Source: Deltaproteobacteria bacterium | GTDB taxonomy: Bacteria > Myxococcota_A > UBA796 > JAFGLY01 | Direction of reading: 5' to 3' | Assembly: GCA_016927815.1 (NCBI GenBank) | Contig: JAFGLY010000170.1 | Location: 4,740 to 68,739, forward strand | DNA length: 64,000 bases | Part shown: in pieces, positions 9,033 to 16,309 of the stretch | How the letters are laid out: the number at the start of each line of letters is the position of its first letter | How positions within the stretch are numbered: position 1 is the first letter of the stretch | Notes under the pieces: model-generated | The model's input: the letters and a program-made list of their open reading frames with translations, nothing else | Told to the model about the DNA's origin: nothing | Database searches by the model: none | Position numbers and translations under genes: made by a program

Positions 9033-10955
9033 CTATCCCTCTTCCAGGAGAGAAGGCTCGACCGAGGGCTCGACGACGGGCTCGACGACGGGCTCGACGA
9101 CGGGCTCGACGACGGGCTCGACGACGGGCTCGACGACGGGCTCGACCGAGGGCTCGACGACGGGCTCGACCGAGGGCTCGACGACGGGCTCGACGACGGG
9201 CTCGGTCGCCGCCTCCGGCGCCCTCGTGGCCCCGGCGCCCGAGATCTTGCGGGAGATATCGCCCATGATGTCGCCCAGTCGTGCGGACGACTCCCCTTGA
9301 CGCGCGATGAAGTCCGAGACGGAACTGGTGTCCACGTTCCGGTCCTCGGCTCCCTTCTCGGACAGGCTGATCTTGCGGTCGTGTCCGTCGATGTTGATGA
9401 TCTCGGCCACGATCGGCTGTCCGACCTGGTACTGGTTCCCCCAGTCGTCGCCACCCTTGGAGAGTTCGGAGAGGTGCACGAGGCCCTCGACGCCCTCCTC
9501 CAGCTCCACGAAGATGCCGAAGTCCACCTTGTGGACGAGCGTGCCCCTCACGATCTGGCCGAGGAAGTAGCGGGCCTGTACCGAGAGCCATGGATCCTCG
9601 GAGAGTTGCTTGATGCCCAGCGAGAACCGCTCGTTCTCCTTGTCGATGTTGAGCACGCGGGCCTCGACCTCGTCGCCCTTCTTGAAGCGCTCCGCGGGGT
9701 GCTTGATCCGCTGGCCCCAGGACAGGTCCGAGATGTGGACCAGGCCGTCGATACCCTCCTCGATGCCCACGAAGATGCCGAAGTCGGTGACGTTGCGGAT
9801 CTTGCCCGTCACGATGGTCCCCACCGGGTACCGCTCCTCGACGACGTCCCAGGGGTTGGGCTCGAGCTGCCGCATGCCCAGGCTGATCCGCTTGTTCTCG
9901 ACGTCCACCCCCAGGACCTTGGCCTCGACGATGTCCCCGAGGTCGAGGACCTTGGAGGGGTGCTTGATGCGCTTGTTCCAGGTCATCTCGGAGATGTGGA
10001 CCAGACCCTCGATGCCGTCCTCCAGCTCCACGAAGGCGCCGTAGTCGGGAATGGAGACGACCTTCCCGCGCACGATGGCTCCCACCGGGTACTTGTACTC
10101 GACCTCCTCCCACGGATCGGGCCGGATCTGCTTGAAACCGAGGCTGACGCGCTGGGAGTCCTTGTCGAACTTGAGGATCTTGACCTCGATCGTGGCCCCG
10201 ATCTCGAACATCTCGGAGGGGTGGTTGATCCGGCCGTAGGACATGTCGGTGATGTGGAGGAGCCCGTCGATGCCACCGAGGTCCACGAAGGCGCCGTAGT
10301 CGGTGATGTTCTTGATGACGCCCTTCATGATGGAGCCGACCTGCAGGCGCTTGACGGTCTCGGCCCGCTTGCTCTCGCGCTCCTGCTCGAGGAGCACTCG
10401 GCGGGAAAGAACGATGTTCCCTCGCTTCTTGTTGAACTTGATGATCTTGAACTGGAAGGTTTCGCCGATCAGCTTGTCCAGGTTCTTCACCGGGCGCAGG
10501 TCCACCTGGGATCCGGGGAGGAACGCCTTGACGCCGATGTCCACCTGCAGTCCACCCTTGACCCGGCCGGTGATGGCGCCCGTGACGGTCTCGTCGCGGT
10601 CGACGGCCTTGGAGATCTCCTCCCAGGCCTTCATGAGGTCGGCCCGTTCCTTGGACAGGGTCAGCTGGCCGTCTTCCTGGTCCATGGCGTCGAGGTAGAC
10701 GTCCACCACATCGCCCAGAGCGATCGTGATCTCGCCCTCGGGGCTCACGAACTCCCTCCGGGGAATGATGCCCTCGGCCTTGAAGCCGATGTCGACGGTG
10801 ACGAATTCGCTGCCGACATCGATGACGGTCCCCTTGACGACCGAGTGCTCCTGGACCGCGCTTTCGGCGAGGTGGGAGTCGAACATCGCCTGGAACTGGT
10901 CGCGGTCGATCTCGTTGAGGGGTGCATCGAGGAGGGCGGGTGTATTGGATGCCAT
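9033..10955 (-). CDS. rpsA: 30S ribosomal protein S1 with repetitive C-terminal tail
   Basis: Six S1 domains (VVKGTVIDV..., GAITGRVKGG..., GVIKNITDYGAFVDL..., GKVVSIPDYGAFVEL..., GKIRNVTDFGIFVGI..., GTLVHKVDFGIFVEL...). ATG at 10955 (MASNTPALL). 640 aa. Confidence 0.95.
   Translation of the reverse strand: MASNTPALLDAPLNEIDRDQFQAMFDSHLAESAVQEHSVVKGTVIDVGSEFVTVDIGFKAEGIIPRREFVSPEGEITIALGDVVDVYLDAMDQEDGQLTLSKERADLMKAWEEISKAVDRDETVTGAITGRVKGGLQVDIGVKAFLPGSQVDLRPVKNLDKLIGETFQFKIIKFNKKRGNIVLSRRVLLEQERESKRAETVKRLQVGSIMKGVIKNITDYGAFVDLGGIDGLLHITDMSYGRINHPSEMFEIGATIEVKILKFDKDSQRVSLGFKQIRPDPWEEVEYKYPVGAIVRGKVVSIPDYGAFVELEDGIEGLVHISEMTWNKRIKHPSKVLDLGDIVEAKVLGVDVENKRISLGMRQLEPNPWDVVEERYPVGTIVTGKIRNVTDFGIFVGIEEGIDGLVHISDLSWGQRIKHPAERFKKGDEVEARVLNIDKENERFSLGIKQLSEDPWLSVQARYFLGQIVRGTLVHKVDFGIFVELEEGVEGLVHLSELSKGGDDWGNQYQVGQPIVAEIINIDGHDRKISLSEKGAEDRNVDTSSVSDFIARQGESSARLGDIMGDISRKISGAGATRAPEAATEPVVEPVVEPSVEPVVEPSVEPVVEPVVEPVVEPVVEPVVEPVVEPSVEPSLLEEG
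9054..9209 (-). repeat. 13 tandem copies of a 12-nt unit (GGGCTCGACGAC / GGGCTCGACCGA on the + strand) encoding (EP[VS][VL])13 at the S1 C-terminus
   Basis: Read directly from the sequence. Protein tail EPVVEPVVEPSVEPVVEPSVEPVVEPVVEPVVEPVVEPVVEPVVEPSVEPSL. Confidence 0.9.
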
Positions 10956-11163
10956 GGGATGGGAACCTGGGGTGCCGGCTGTCGGCGTCTCCGGTGAGGG
11001 AGAGGAATGGGGAAAGCGGCCGGAAAGGCGGTCCAAGACCCTCCTGGAAACCCGTCCGGCCGGGTGGCGGATCCCGTCGGAGGATCCGCGGGAGCGCCTG
11101 CCCTGGAGGCGTCCGGCGAGGTATCCGGGGGGATTGACCCCGTCAACTGCGGAATCCGCTTGA

Positions 11164-11838
11164 TCAGGCGCCCCTCGTGCGGGCCTCCGCCACGACGAGG
11201 TCTGCGGCCTGCTCGGCGGAGATCCCTGTGGTGTCGAGATACCAGGCATCCGGCAGGCGCACCAGGGGGGCCGTGTCGCGGCCCCGATCCTGTGCATCGC
11301 GTGCCTCCATCTCGGCCTCGATCTGGTCGAGGGGGATCTCCTGGCCGCGCTGGCGCATCTCCTCTTGTCGCCGCCGTGCCCGTTCGGAGGGGGATGCGTC
11401 CAGGAACACCTTGAGCTCGGCGTCCGGGACGATCACCGATCCCACGTCGCGTCCGTCCATCACCACCCCGCCTCGCGCTACCAGGGCGCGCTGGGCGTCG
11501 AGGAGCGCCGCTCTCACGGCGGGCAGCGCGGCAGCCCGGGACGCTGCGTACCCGATGGCCTCCGGACGGAGCGCGTCGGTGACGTCCTCCCCGTCCATGC
11601 GGACCTGAAGGCGATCCCCGTCCCAGGCCACCTCCAGGTGCAGCGCTCGAGCCAACGCGCCCACCGCCGGGTCGTCCTCGAGGTCCAATCCTCGCCGCAG
11701 GGCCGCCAGGGCCACGGCCCGGTACATGGTGCCCGTGTCCACCCAGGCGTAGCCGAGTCGCCGGGCTACGAGGCGTGCGACGGTGCCCTTGCCCGATGCG
11801 GCGGGGCCATCAATGGCGATGCGGAGGAGCCGGGGCAT
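11164..11838 (-). CDS. cmk: Cytidylate kinase
   Basis: P-loop IAIDGPAASGKGT at the N-terminus. MDGRDVGSVI. Conserved cmk-rpsA synteny. ATG at 11838. 224 aa. Confidence 0.9.
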   Translation of the reverse strand: MPRLLRIAIDGPAASGKGTVARLVARRLGYAWVDTGTMYRAVALAALRRGLDLEDDPAVGALARALHLEVAWDGDRLQVRMDGEDVTDALRPEAIGYAASRAAALPAVRAALLDAQRALVARGGVVMDGRDVGSVIVPDAELKVFLDASPSERARRRQEEMRQRGQEIPLDQIEAEMEARDAQDRGRDTAPLVRLPDAWYLDTTGISAEQAADLVVAEARTRGA

Positions 11839-12566
11839 GGGCTGCCTCCGTATGGGGGCCGACCCGGCGCGACAAGGCCCCAAGGATCGACGGGTCTGAT
11901 GTGCGCGACCGCGCCCGAGCCCTCTACGCGCGCCTCGCCGTCGAGGGTCGTGACCCGGATCAAGCGATCCACCGTGGGGTCGACCACGACGCCCAGCACC
12001 ACGGGTTCGAGCCCACCCCACCGGACGTCGTAGGAAGCGGCAGGGACCCGTGCGTGCACGTTCCCCTCCACCGAGGCGAGCACCACGCGCTGGGGGATCC
12101 GGATCCAGGAGGCTTCTACGGGACCTCGGACGACCTGCAGCATCGCCTCCTGGGAGGTGAGGCCTTTGGCCTCGATCGATCCGTTTCCCACGACGACCGA
12201 CAGAGAACCGAGTGGGCCGGAGAGGTGGGCCTCGCCCTCGCCCAGGTCGGTCTCGATCGCCACGCCCGCGGGAACGTCGAGCTCCAGGGCTCCGCCGCAC
12301 GGCACGGGGGTCCGGCACACGAGGGCGATCTCGAGGATCTCCGCGTCGCGGTGGTGATGGATCGCGATCGGCGCTTCGGGGCCCCAGGCCTCGGCGTGCA
12401 CCCGGACGGCGTCCGAGCCGCCCGCTCGGACACGGATCTCCCCCGAGGCCCAGCGCACGCGGATGCGATCCACGCGGCCGGCCTCCACGAAGGAGCGATC
12501 GACGTGGAGGCTCCCGCACGCAAGGAGCCCCAGCAGGGTCAGCAGGCTGGAGGGGACGTGCGCCAT
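11766..12566 (-). CDS. Lipoprotein with DUF4097-like (putative adhesin beta-helix) repeats
   Basis: ATG at 12566. Lipobox LLACG. Repetitive G-x-[IV]-x-[VA] strands (ASGEIRVRAGGSDAVRVHA..., GNGSIEAKG..., VEGNVHARV). The 3' end overlaps cmk by 73 nt in another frame. Confidence 0.65.
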   Translation of the reverse strand: MAHVPSSLLTLLGLLACGSLHVDRSFVEAGRVDRIRVRWASGEIRVRAGGSDAVRVHAEAWGPEAPIAIHHHRDAEILEIALVCRTPVPCGGALELDVPAGVAIETDLGEGEAHLSGPLGSLSVVVGNGSIEAKGLTSQEAMLQVVRGPVEASWIRIPQRVVLASVEGNVHARVPAASYDVRWGGLEPVVLGVVVDPTVDRLIRVTTLDGEARVEGSGAVAHIRPVDPWGLVAPGRPPYGGSPCPGSSASPLMAPPHRARAPSHAS

Positions 12567-12652
12567 CGGGTCGTTGCCTCGGGAGTCTGCATCTCAGGAC
12601 ACCGGACGGGGGAGGATGGGAATCCTTCAGGACGAATTTTTCTTAATGTAAG

Positions 12653-12680
12653 AATGTAGATATGTCTATGGACGTGTCAA
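12653..12680 (-). promoter_or_regulatory. Sigma70-type promoter candidate TTGACA-N16-TACATT for the lipoprotein-cmk-rpsA string
   Basis: On the minus strand, TTGACA is at 12680-12675 and TACATT at 12658-12653, inside a conspicuous AT-rich island about 85 nt upstream of ATG 12566. Inverted repeat GAATCTC-N3-GAGATTC lies just upstream at about 12691-12707. Confidence 0.45.
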
Positions 12681-12764
12681 GACTAAGTCGAATCTCCACG
12701 AGATTCCGCGCCTTTCAAGCGTGTAACGACATCCCTCCGGGTCCCGGGTACACGCCGGCCGGCG

Positions 12765-14285
12765 TCAGGCGCCCGAGGCGACCTCGTACACGTGGATGTA
12801 CCGGTTCCCCTCGATGGGTACGCGGCCGAGGTGGGTCGTTGCCAGGGAGAGCTGTTGGCGGCCCACCCCGGTGACCAGCACGCGACCCCGGTGCCCCGAC
12901 AGGTTCATCAGCCAGCGGGCCAGGTAGAAGGGACCCGCCAGCTCCCACCCCTCCTCGGGGCGGCGGGTGTCCGAGCGCAACCGGGCCACGCCGGGTGAGA
13001 CGCCAGCGGAGATCCGGTACCCCTCTTCGACCGCGATCCGGCCGAACTCGAGGGCGGTCGTGACGGCCTGCAGGATCGGCTCGCGGAGTCCTTCCGTCGC
13101 GAGCCAGACCACGAGCAGGGACCGCTCGCCGTGCTCCCAGATCTGCCCTTCGGCGTCTTCCACCACCGCCCGCCAGGTCGCGAGGAGGCTCGGGAGCGTG
13201 CTGCGGGGCGCGGCGATGGAGCGGGGGGGCATGTGCGCCTCTGCGGCGAGTACCACCAGGGCGCCCGGGGGCAGGGTCGGACCGCCGAGGAGGGGCTCGC
13301 GGTCCTTCTCCTCCGGACGGTCGGACCGTTCGAGGACCTCCCGCACGTACCGGGCGAGATCGCCGTGCGTGGCCCGGTGGCCCTCGCGGACCATCAGGAC
13401 CGAGAGGGCGTCCAGCATCTCGGCGGTGGTGGGGAATCGGTCCTTCGGGCGGCGGGCGAGGGAGCGGCGCACGATGGCCTCCAGATCCTCGCTGACCTCG
13501 GGCCGGATCGCGCGGATGCCCGGTACCTCCGCGCGGCGCACCCGGTGGAGCGTCTCGTCCCGGGTACGGGCCTTGAACAGGCGGCGTCCGGTGAGGAGTT
13601 CGAAGAGCACGATCCCGAGGCTGAACTGATCGCTGCTGGCGTCCAGATCCCGGCCCTCCACCTGCTCCGGGCTCATGTAGGCGTACTTGCCCCGCACGAC
13701 CTTGTGGGTGCCCCGGGCCTGCATGGCGGCCCGGCTGATGCCGAAATCGGTGATCTTCACCTCTCCCGCGAAAGACACCAGGATGTTCTGGGGAGAGACG
13801 TCACAGTGGACGATGTGGAGGGGCTGGCCCTCTTCGCCGGTCTTCTCGTGGGCGTACCGGAGGGCCTCGAGCACCTCGCACGCCACGCGCAGGGCCAGGG
13901 CGACCGGAACGGGGCCCATGCGGCGGGCCCGGGCCAGGATGCGGGAGAGATCCAGGCCGTGCACGTACTCCATGGCGATGTAGTACGCCCCGTGGGCCTG
14001 CTCGAACTCGAAGACCTGGACGATGTTGGCGTGGTGGAGCAGGTGCGCGATGTGCGCCTCGTAGGTGAAGAGCTGGATGAACTCTTCGTCTCGGGCGAGG
14101 CTGTCCAGGATGCGTTTCACGACGAGGGTCTTCTGGAAGCCCTCGACCCCGTGCGACCGGGCCCGGTAGACCTCCGCCATCCCGCCTGTCGCGATTTTCT
14201 CCAGGAGGTGGTACTTCCCGAAGGCCATGGGCTGGCTGGGCTCGGGCACGCGTTTCTCCACGCGGGGCTCACCCGTCGTCGGCAC
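12765..14285 (-). CDS. Ser/Thr protein kinase fused to a degenerate class III nucleotidyl-cyclase-like domain
   Basis: Gly loop IATGGMAEVY, VAIK-like LVVKRI, catalytic loop HCDVSPQN, DFG, SPE. The C-terminal 170 aa follow a cyclase-homology pattern (LVVLAAEAH..., RISAGVSPGVARL, GPFYLARWLMNLSGHRGRVLVTG) but lack the metal-binding Asp residues. GTG at 14285 is preceded by AGGAGGAGTTAAG. Confidence 0.85.
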   Translation of the reverse strand: MPTTGEPRVEKRVPEPSQPMAFGKYHLLEKIATGGMAEVYRARSHGVEGFQKTLVVKRILDSLARDEEFIQLFTYEAHIAHLLHHANIVQVFEFEQAHGAYYIAMEYVHGLDLSRILARARRMGPVPVALALRVACEVLEALRYAHEKTGEEGQPLHIVHCDVSPQNILVSFAGEVKITDFGISRAAMQARGTHKVVRGKYAYMSPEQVEGRDLDASSDQFSLGIVLFELLTGRRLFKARTRDETLHRVRRAEVPGIRAIRPEVSEDLEAIVRRSLARRPKDRFPTTAEMLDALSVLMVREGHRATHGDLARYVREVLERSDRPEEKDREPLLGGPTLPPGALVVLAAEAHMPPRSIAAPRSTLPSLLATWRAVVEDAEGQIWEHGERSLLVVWLATEGLREPILQAVTTALEFGRIAVEEGYRISAGVSPGVARLRSDTRRPEEGWELAGPFYLARWLMNLSGHRGRVLVTGVGRQQLSLATTHLGRVPIEGNRYIHVYEVASGA

Positions 14286-14320
14286 CTTAACTCCTCCTGC
14301 CCATCGCCCCCGAGGTCGCC

Positions 14321-15094
14321 ATGCCGCTCGATGCCCTCCTGGCCGTCGTGGATCGACTCAGGGGCGAGGGAGGCTGTCCGTGGGATCGGGCCCAGGATGC
14401 CCGATCGCTGCTTCCCTACCTCGTCGAGGAGACCTACGAGCTGGTGGATGCGGTGGAGCGCAACGACGACCAGGCCCAGGCGGACGAGATCGGAGATCTG
14501 CTCTACCTGGTCCTCCTGCTGGTCCGGATCGGCACGGAGTCCGGCGCGTTCGATCTCGAGCGCGTGGAGCGAGGCATCGTGGCCAAGATGGAGCGCCGGC
14601 ACCCGGGCCTCTTCTCGCGGGCGGACCCGGCTCCGGGCGCAGCCCCGATGGGGTCTCAGGAGGCCTGGGAGACGCACAAGGCCGAGGAGCGCGGCGATTT
14701 CCGGTCGGCGCTGGAGGGCCTGCCGCCCCACCTGCCTGCCCTGCTGCGTGCCCACCGGGTTGCCGAGAAGGCAGCCCGGGTCGGATTCGATTGGCCGGAC
14801 CGCGACGGGGTGCTGGCCAAGGTGGACGAGGAGCGGCGGGAGCTGGACGAGGCGCTGGCCTCCACGGACCCGTCCGCGGTGCGTTGGGAGTACGGCGACC
14901 TGCTGCTCGCGCTCGCCAACCTGGGCCGGTTTCTGGGGGTTCCGGGCGAGGATGCGTTGAGGGAGGCGAGCCGGAGGTTCGAGATCCGGTTCCGGGCGCT
15001 CGAGCGGTTGGCCGCCGCGCGGGGCCTGGACCTCCATCGGACGGATCTCGCGGTCTTGGAGCGTCTCTGGCAGGAGGTCAAGGCCGTCGGTTGA
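14321..15094 (+). CDS. mazG: Nucleoside triphosphate pyrophosphohydrolase MazG
   Basis: Tandem MazG domains: GCPWDRAQDARSLLPYLVEETYELVDA..EIGDLLY and RVGFDWPD...EYGDLLLALAN. ATG at 14321. Confidence 0.9.
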   Translation: MPLDALLAVVDRLRGEGGCPWDRAQDARSLLPYLVEETYELVDAVERNDDQAQADEIGDLLYLVLLLVRIGTESGAFDLERVERGIVAKMERRHPGLFSRADPAPGAAPMGSQEAWETHKAEERGDFRSALEGLPPHLPALLRAHRVAEKAARVGFDWPDRDGVLAKVDEERRELDEALASTDPSAVRWEYGDLLLALANLGRFLGVPGEDALREASRRFEIRFRALERLAAARGLDLHRTDLAVLERLWQEVKAVG

Positions 15095-15593
15095 GAGCCG
15101 GATCCCGTCCGAGGTGGAAGGCGTGGAACCGAGCGTTCTCGTCGCCAGGATCGAGCAGGGCGGCCTGCTGGAAGTGTTCCCCGGCCTCCTGGTGGAGCGC
15201 ACGCAGGCGTCCGGGTGGCCCGTGTACGGCTCCGTCCGCGTCCGCCTGCCGCAGGAGCACCTCCCCGAGCAGAGTGTGCGCCATGGCCAGGAGCACCTTC
15301 TCGGGGGGGTCCTCGAGCCATGCACCGCCGCCCTCGAGGATGCGGATCGCCTCTCGGGCCTCGGCCTCGGCGTCCTCCAGGCGACCCGAGGCCAGGAGAA
15401 GGTGAGCCTTCTCCATCCGGGGTTCCGCGAGGCGGGGCTCGGCCAGCAGGATGGCGGCGAACGCGTCGAGGGCCTCGTCGCCACGGCCATCGCGGACCAG
15501 GGCGCAAGCGGCCAGGAAGCGGTCGCCCAGGGCCTCGAGGTGCTCCTCGGGCGCCGTGAACAGGTCGGGGGGGTCGTCGGATGTGGGGTTCAC
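15078..15593 (-). CDS. Small TPR-like protein (last gene of the seven-gene operon)
   Basis: Helical repeat content (ALDAFAAILLAEPRLAEPRMEKAHLLLASGRLEDAEAEAREAIRI). The proposed GTG at 15593 overlaps the upstream kinase stop (GTGA). The track extension to 16316 is rejected. Confidence 0.55.
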   Translation of the reverse strand: MNPTSDDPPDLFTAPEEHLEALGDRFLAACALVRDGRGDEALDAFAAILLAEPRLAEPRMEKAHLLLASGRLEDAEAEAREAIRILEGGGAWLEDPPEKVLLAMAHTLLGEVLLRQADADGAVHGPPGRLRALHQEAGEHFQQAALLDPGDENARFHAFHLGRDPALNRRP

Positions 15594-16309
15594 GGGGACT
15601 CCGAGGGGGGATTCGAGGGGTAGTGGAGGGTGAACGAGGTGGAACCGGGTCGGGACGAAACCTCGATGCGACCGCCGGCCCCCTCCACGAGGCGGCGGGC
15701 GATGGCGAGCCCCAGACCCGTCCCCCGTCCCGGAGGCTTGGTGGTGAACCAGGCGTCGAACACCCGGGGCAGGTCCGCGGGCGGGATCGTGGGTCCGTCG
15801 TTCTCGACGCGGATGCGCACGGATGCGGGCACGGTGTCGACCGTGACCCGGATCCGCCCCGAGGCCTGCCCCTCCAGGGCGTCGAGGGCGTTCTGCAGGA
15901 GGTTGACGACCACCTGCTGGAGGACCTGAGGGTTGCCGTGGATCACGGGGAGGCCCGGGGCCAGGTCCAGCGTGCAGGCCACGCCCTGGCGTGCGGTCCG
16001 AGCCTCGAGCGTGGCCAGGGCAGCGCAGATCGGCTGATCCACCGGGAAGGGGACCTCCCAGTCGCCCGAGTGCTGGACGAGGCCCCCCTGCGTGGAGAGG
16101 ATCCGCTCCATGCGGTCCACCTGCTCCAGTGCCGTCGCGACGGTCGCGGGGTCGGGTGGCACCAAGGCACGCTCCTGGAGCAGCTGGAGGAGGGCCTTGA
16201 CCGCGAAGAGCGGCTGCCTCAGCTCGTGGACGAGCGTGGCCGAGAGGAGGCCCAGCTCGGCCAGCCGGCCCACCTCCATCCAGGTCCGATCGTCGCGGGT
16301 TTCGCTCAT
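15590..16309 (-). CDS. Soluble sensor-less histidine kinase (HisKA + HATPase_c only)
   Basis: H-box LVHELRQPL, N-box VVNLLQNALDA, G1-like ENDGPTI, F/G2 FDAWFTTKPPGRGTGLGLAIARR. No TM or sensor domain. ATG at 16309 overlaps the upstream stop (ATGA). 239 aa. Confidence 0.8.
   Translation of the reverse strand: MSETRDDRTWMEVGRLAELGLLSATLVHELRQPLFAVKALLQLLQERALVPPDPATVATALEQVDRMERILSTQGGLVQHSGDWEVPFPVDQPICAALATLEARTARQGVACTLDLAPGLPVIHGNPQVLQQVVVNLLQNALDALEGQASGRIRVTVDTVPASVRIRVENDGPTIPPADLPRVFDAWFTTKPPGRGTGLGLAIARRLVEGAGGRIEVSSRPGSTSFTLHYPSNPPSESP

Noticed and set aside
9054-9209. Regular short repeat array that could be mistaken for a CRISPR or other non-coding array.
   Set aside because: The period is only 12 nt with no spacers, it lies in frame inside rpsA, and it encodes an EPVV peptide repeat.
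11766-11838. The 73-nt overlap between the lipoprotein 3' end and the cmk 5' end as a possible programmed feature.
   Set aside because: The overlapping lipoprotein tail (PGRPPYGGSPCPGSSASPLMAPPHRARAPSHAS) looks like read-through into a stop-poor frame after the structured domain has ended. This is most simply explained by late stop-codon occurrence in GC-rich DNA.
11998-12025. tRNA T-arm-like string GGGTTCGAGCCC.
   Set aside because: There are no matching acceptor, D or anticodon stems, and it lies inside a coding frame (the DUF4097-like lipoprotein).
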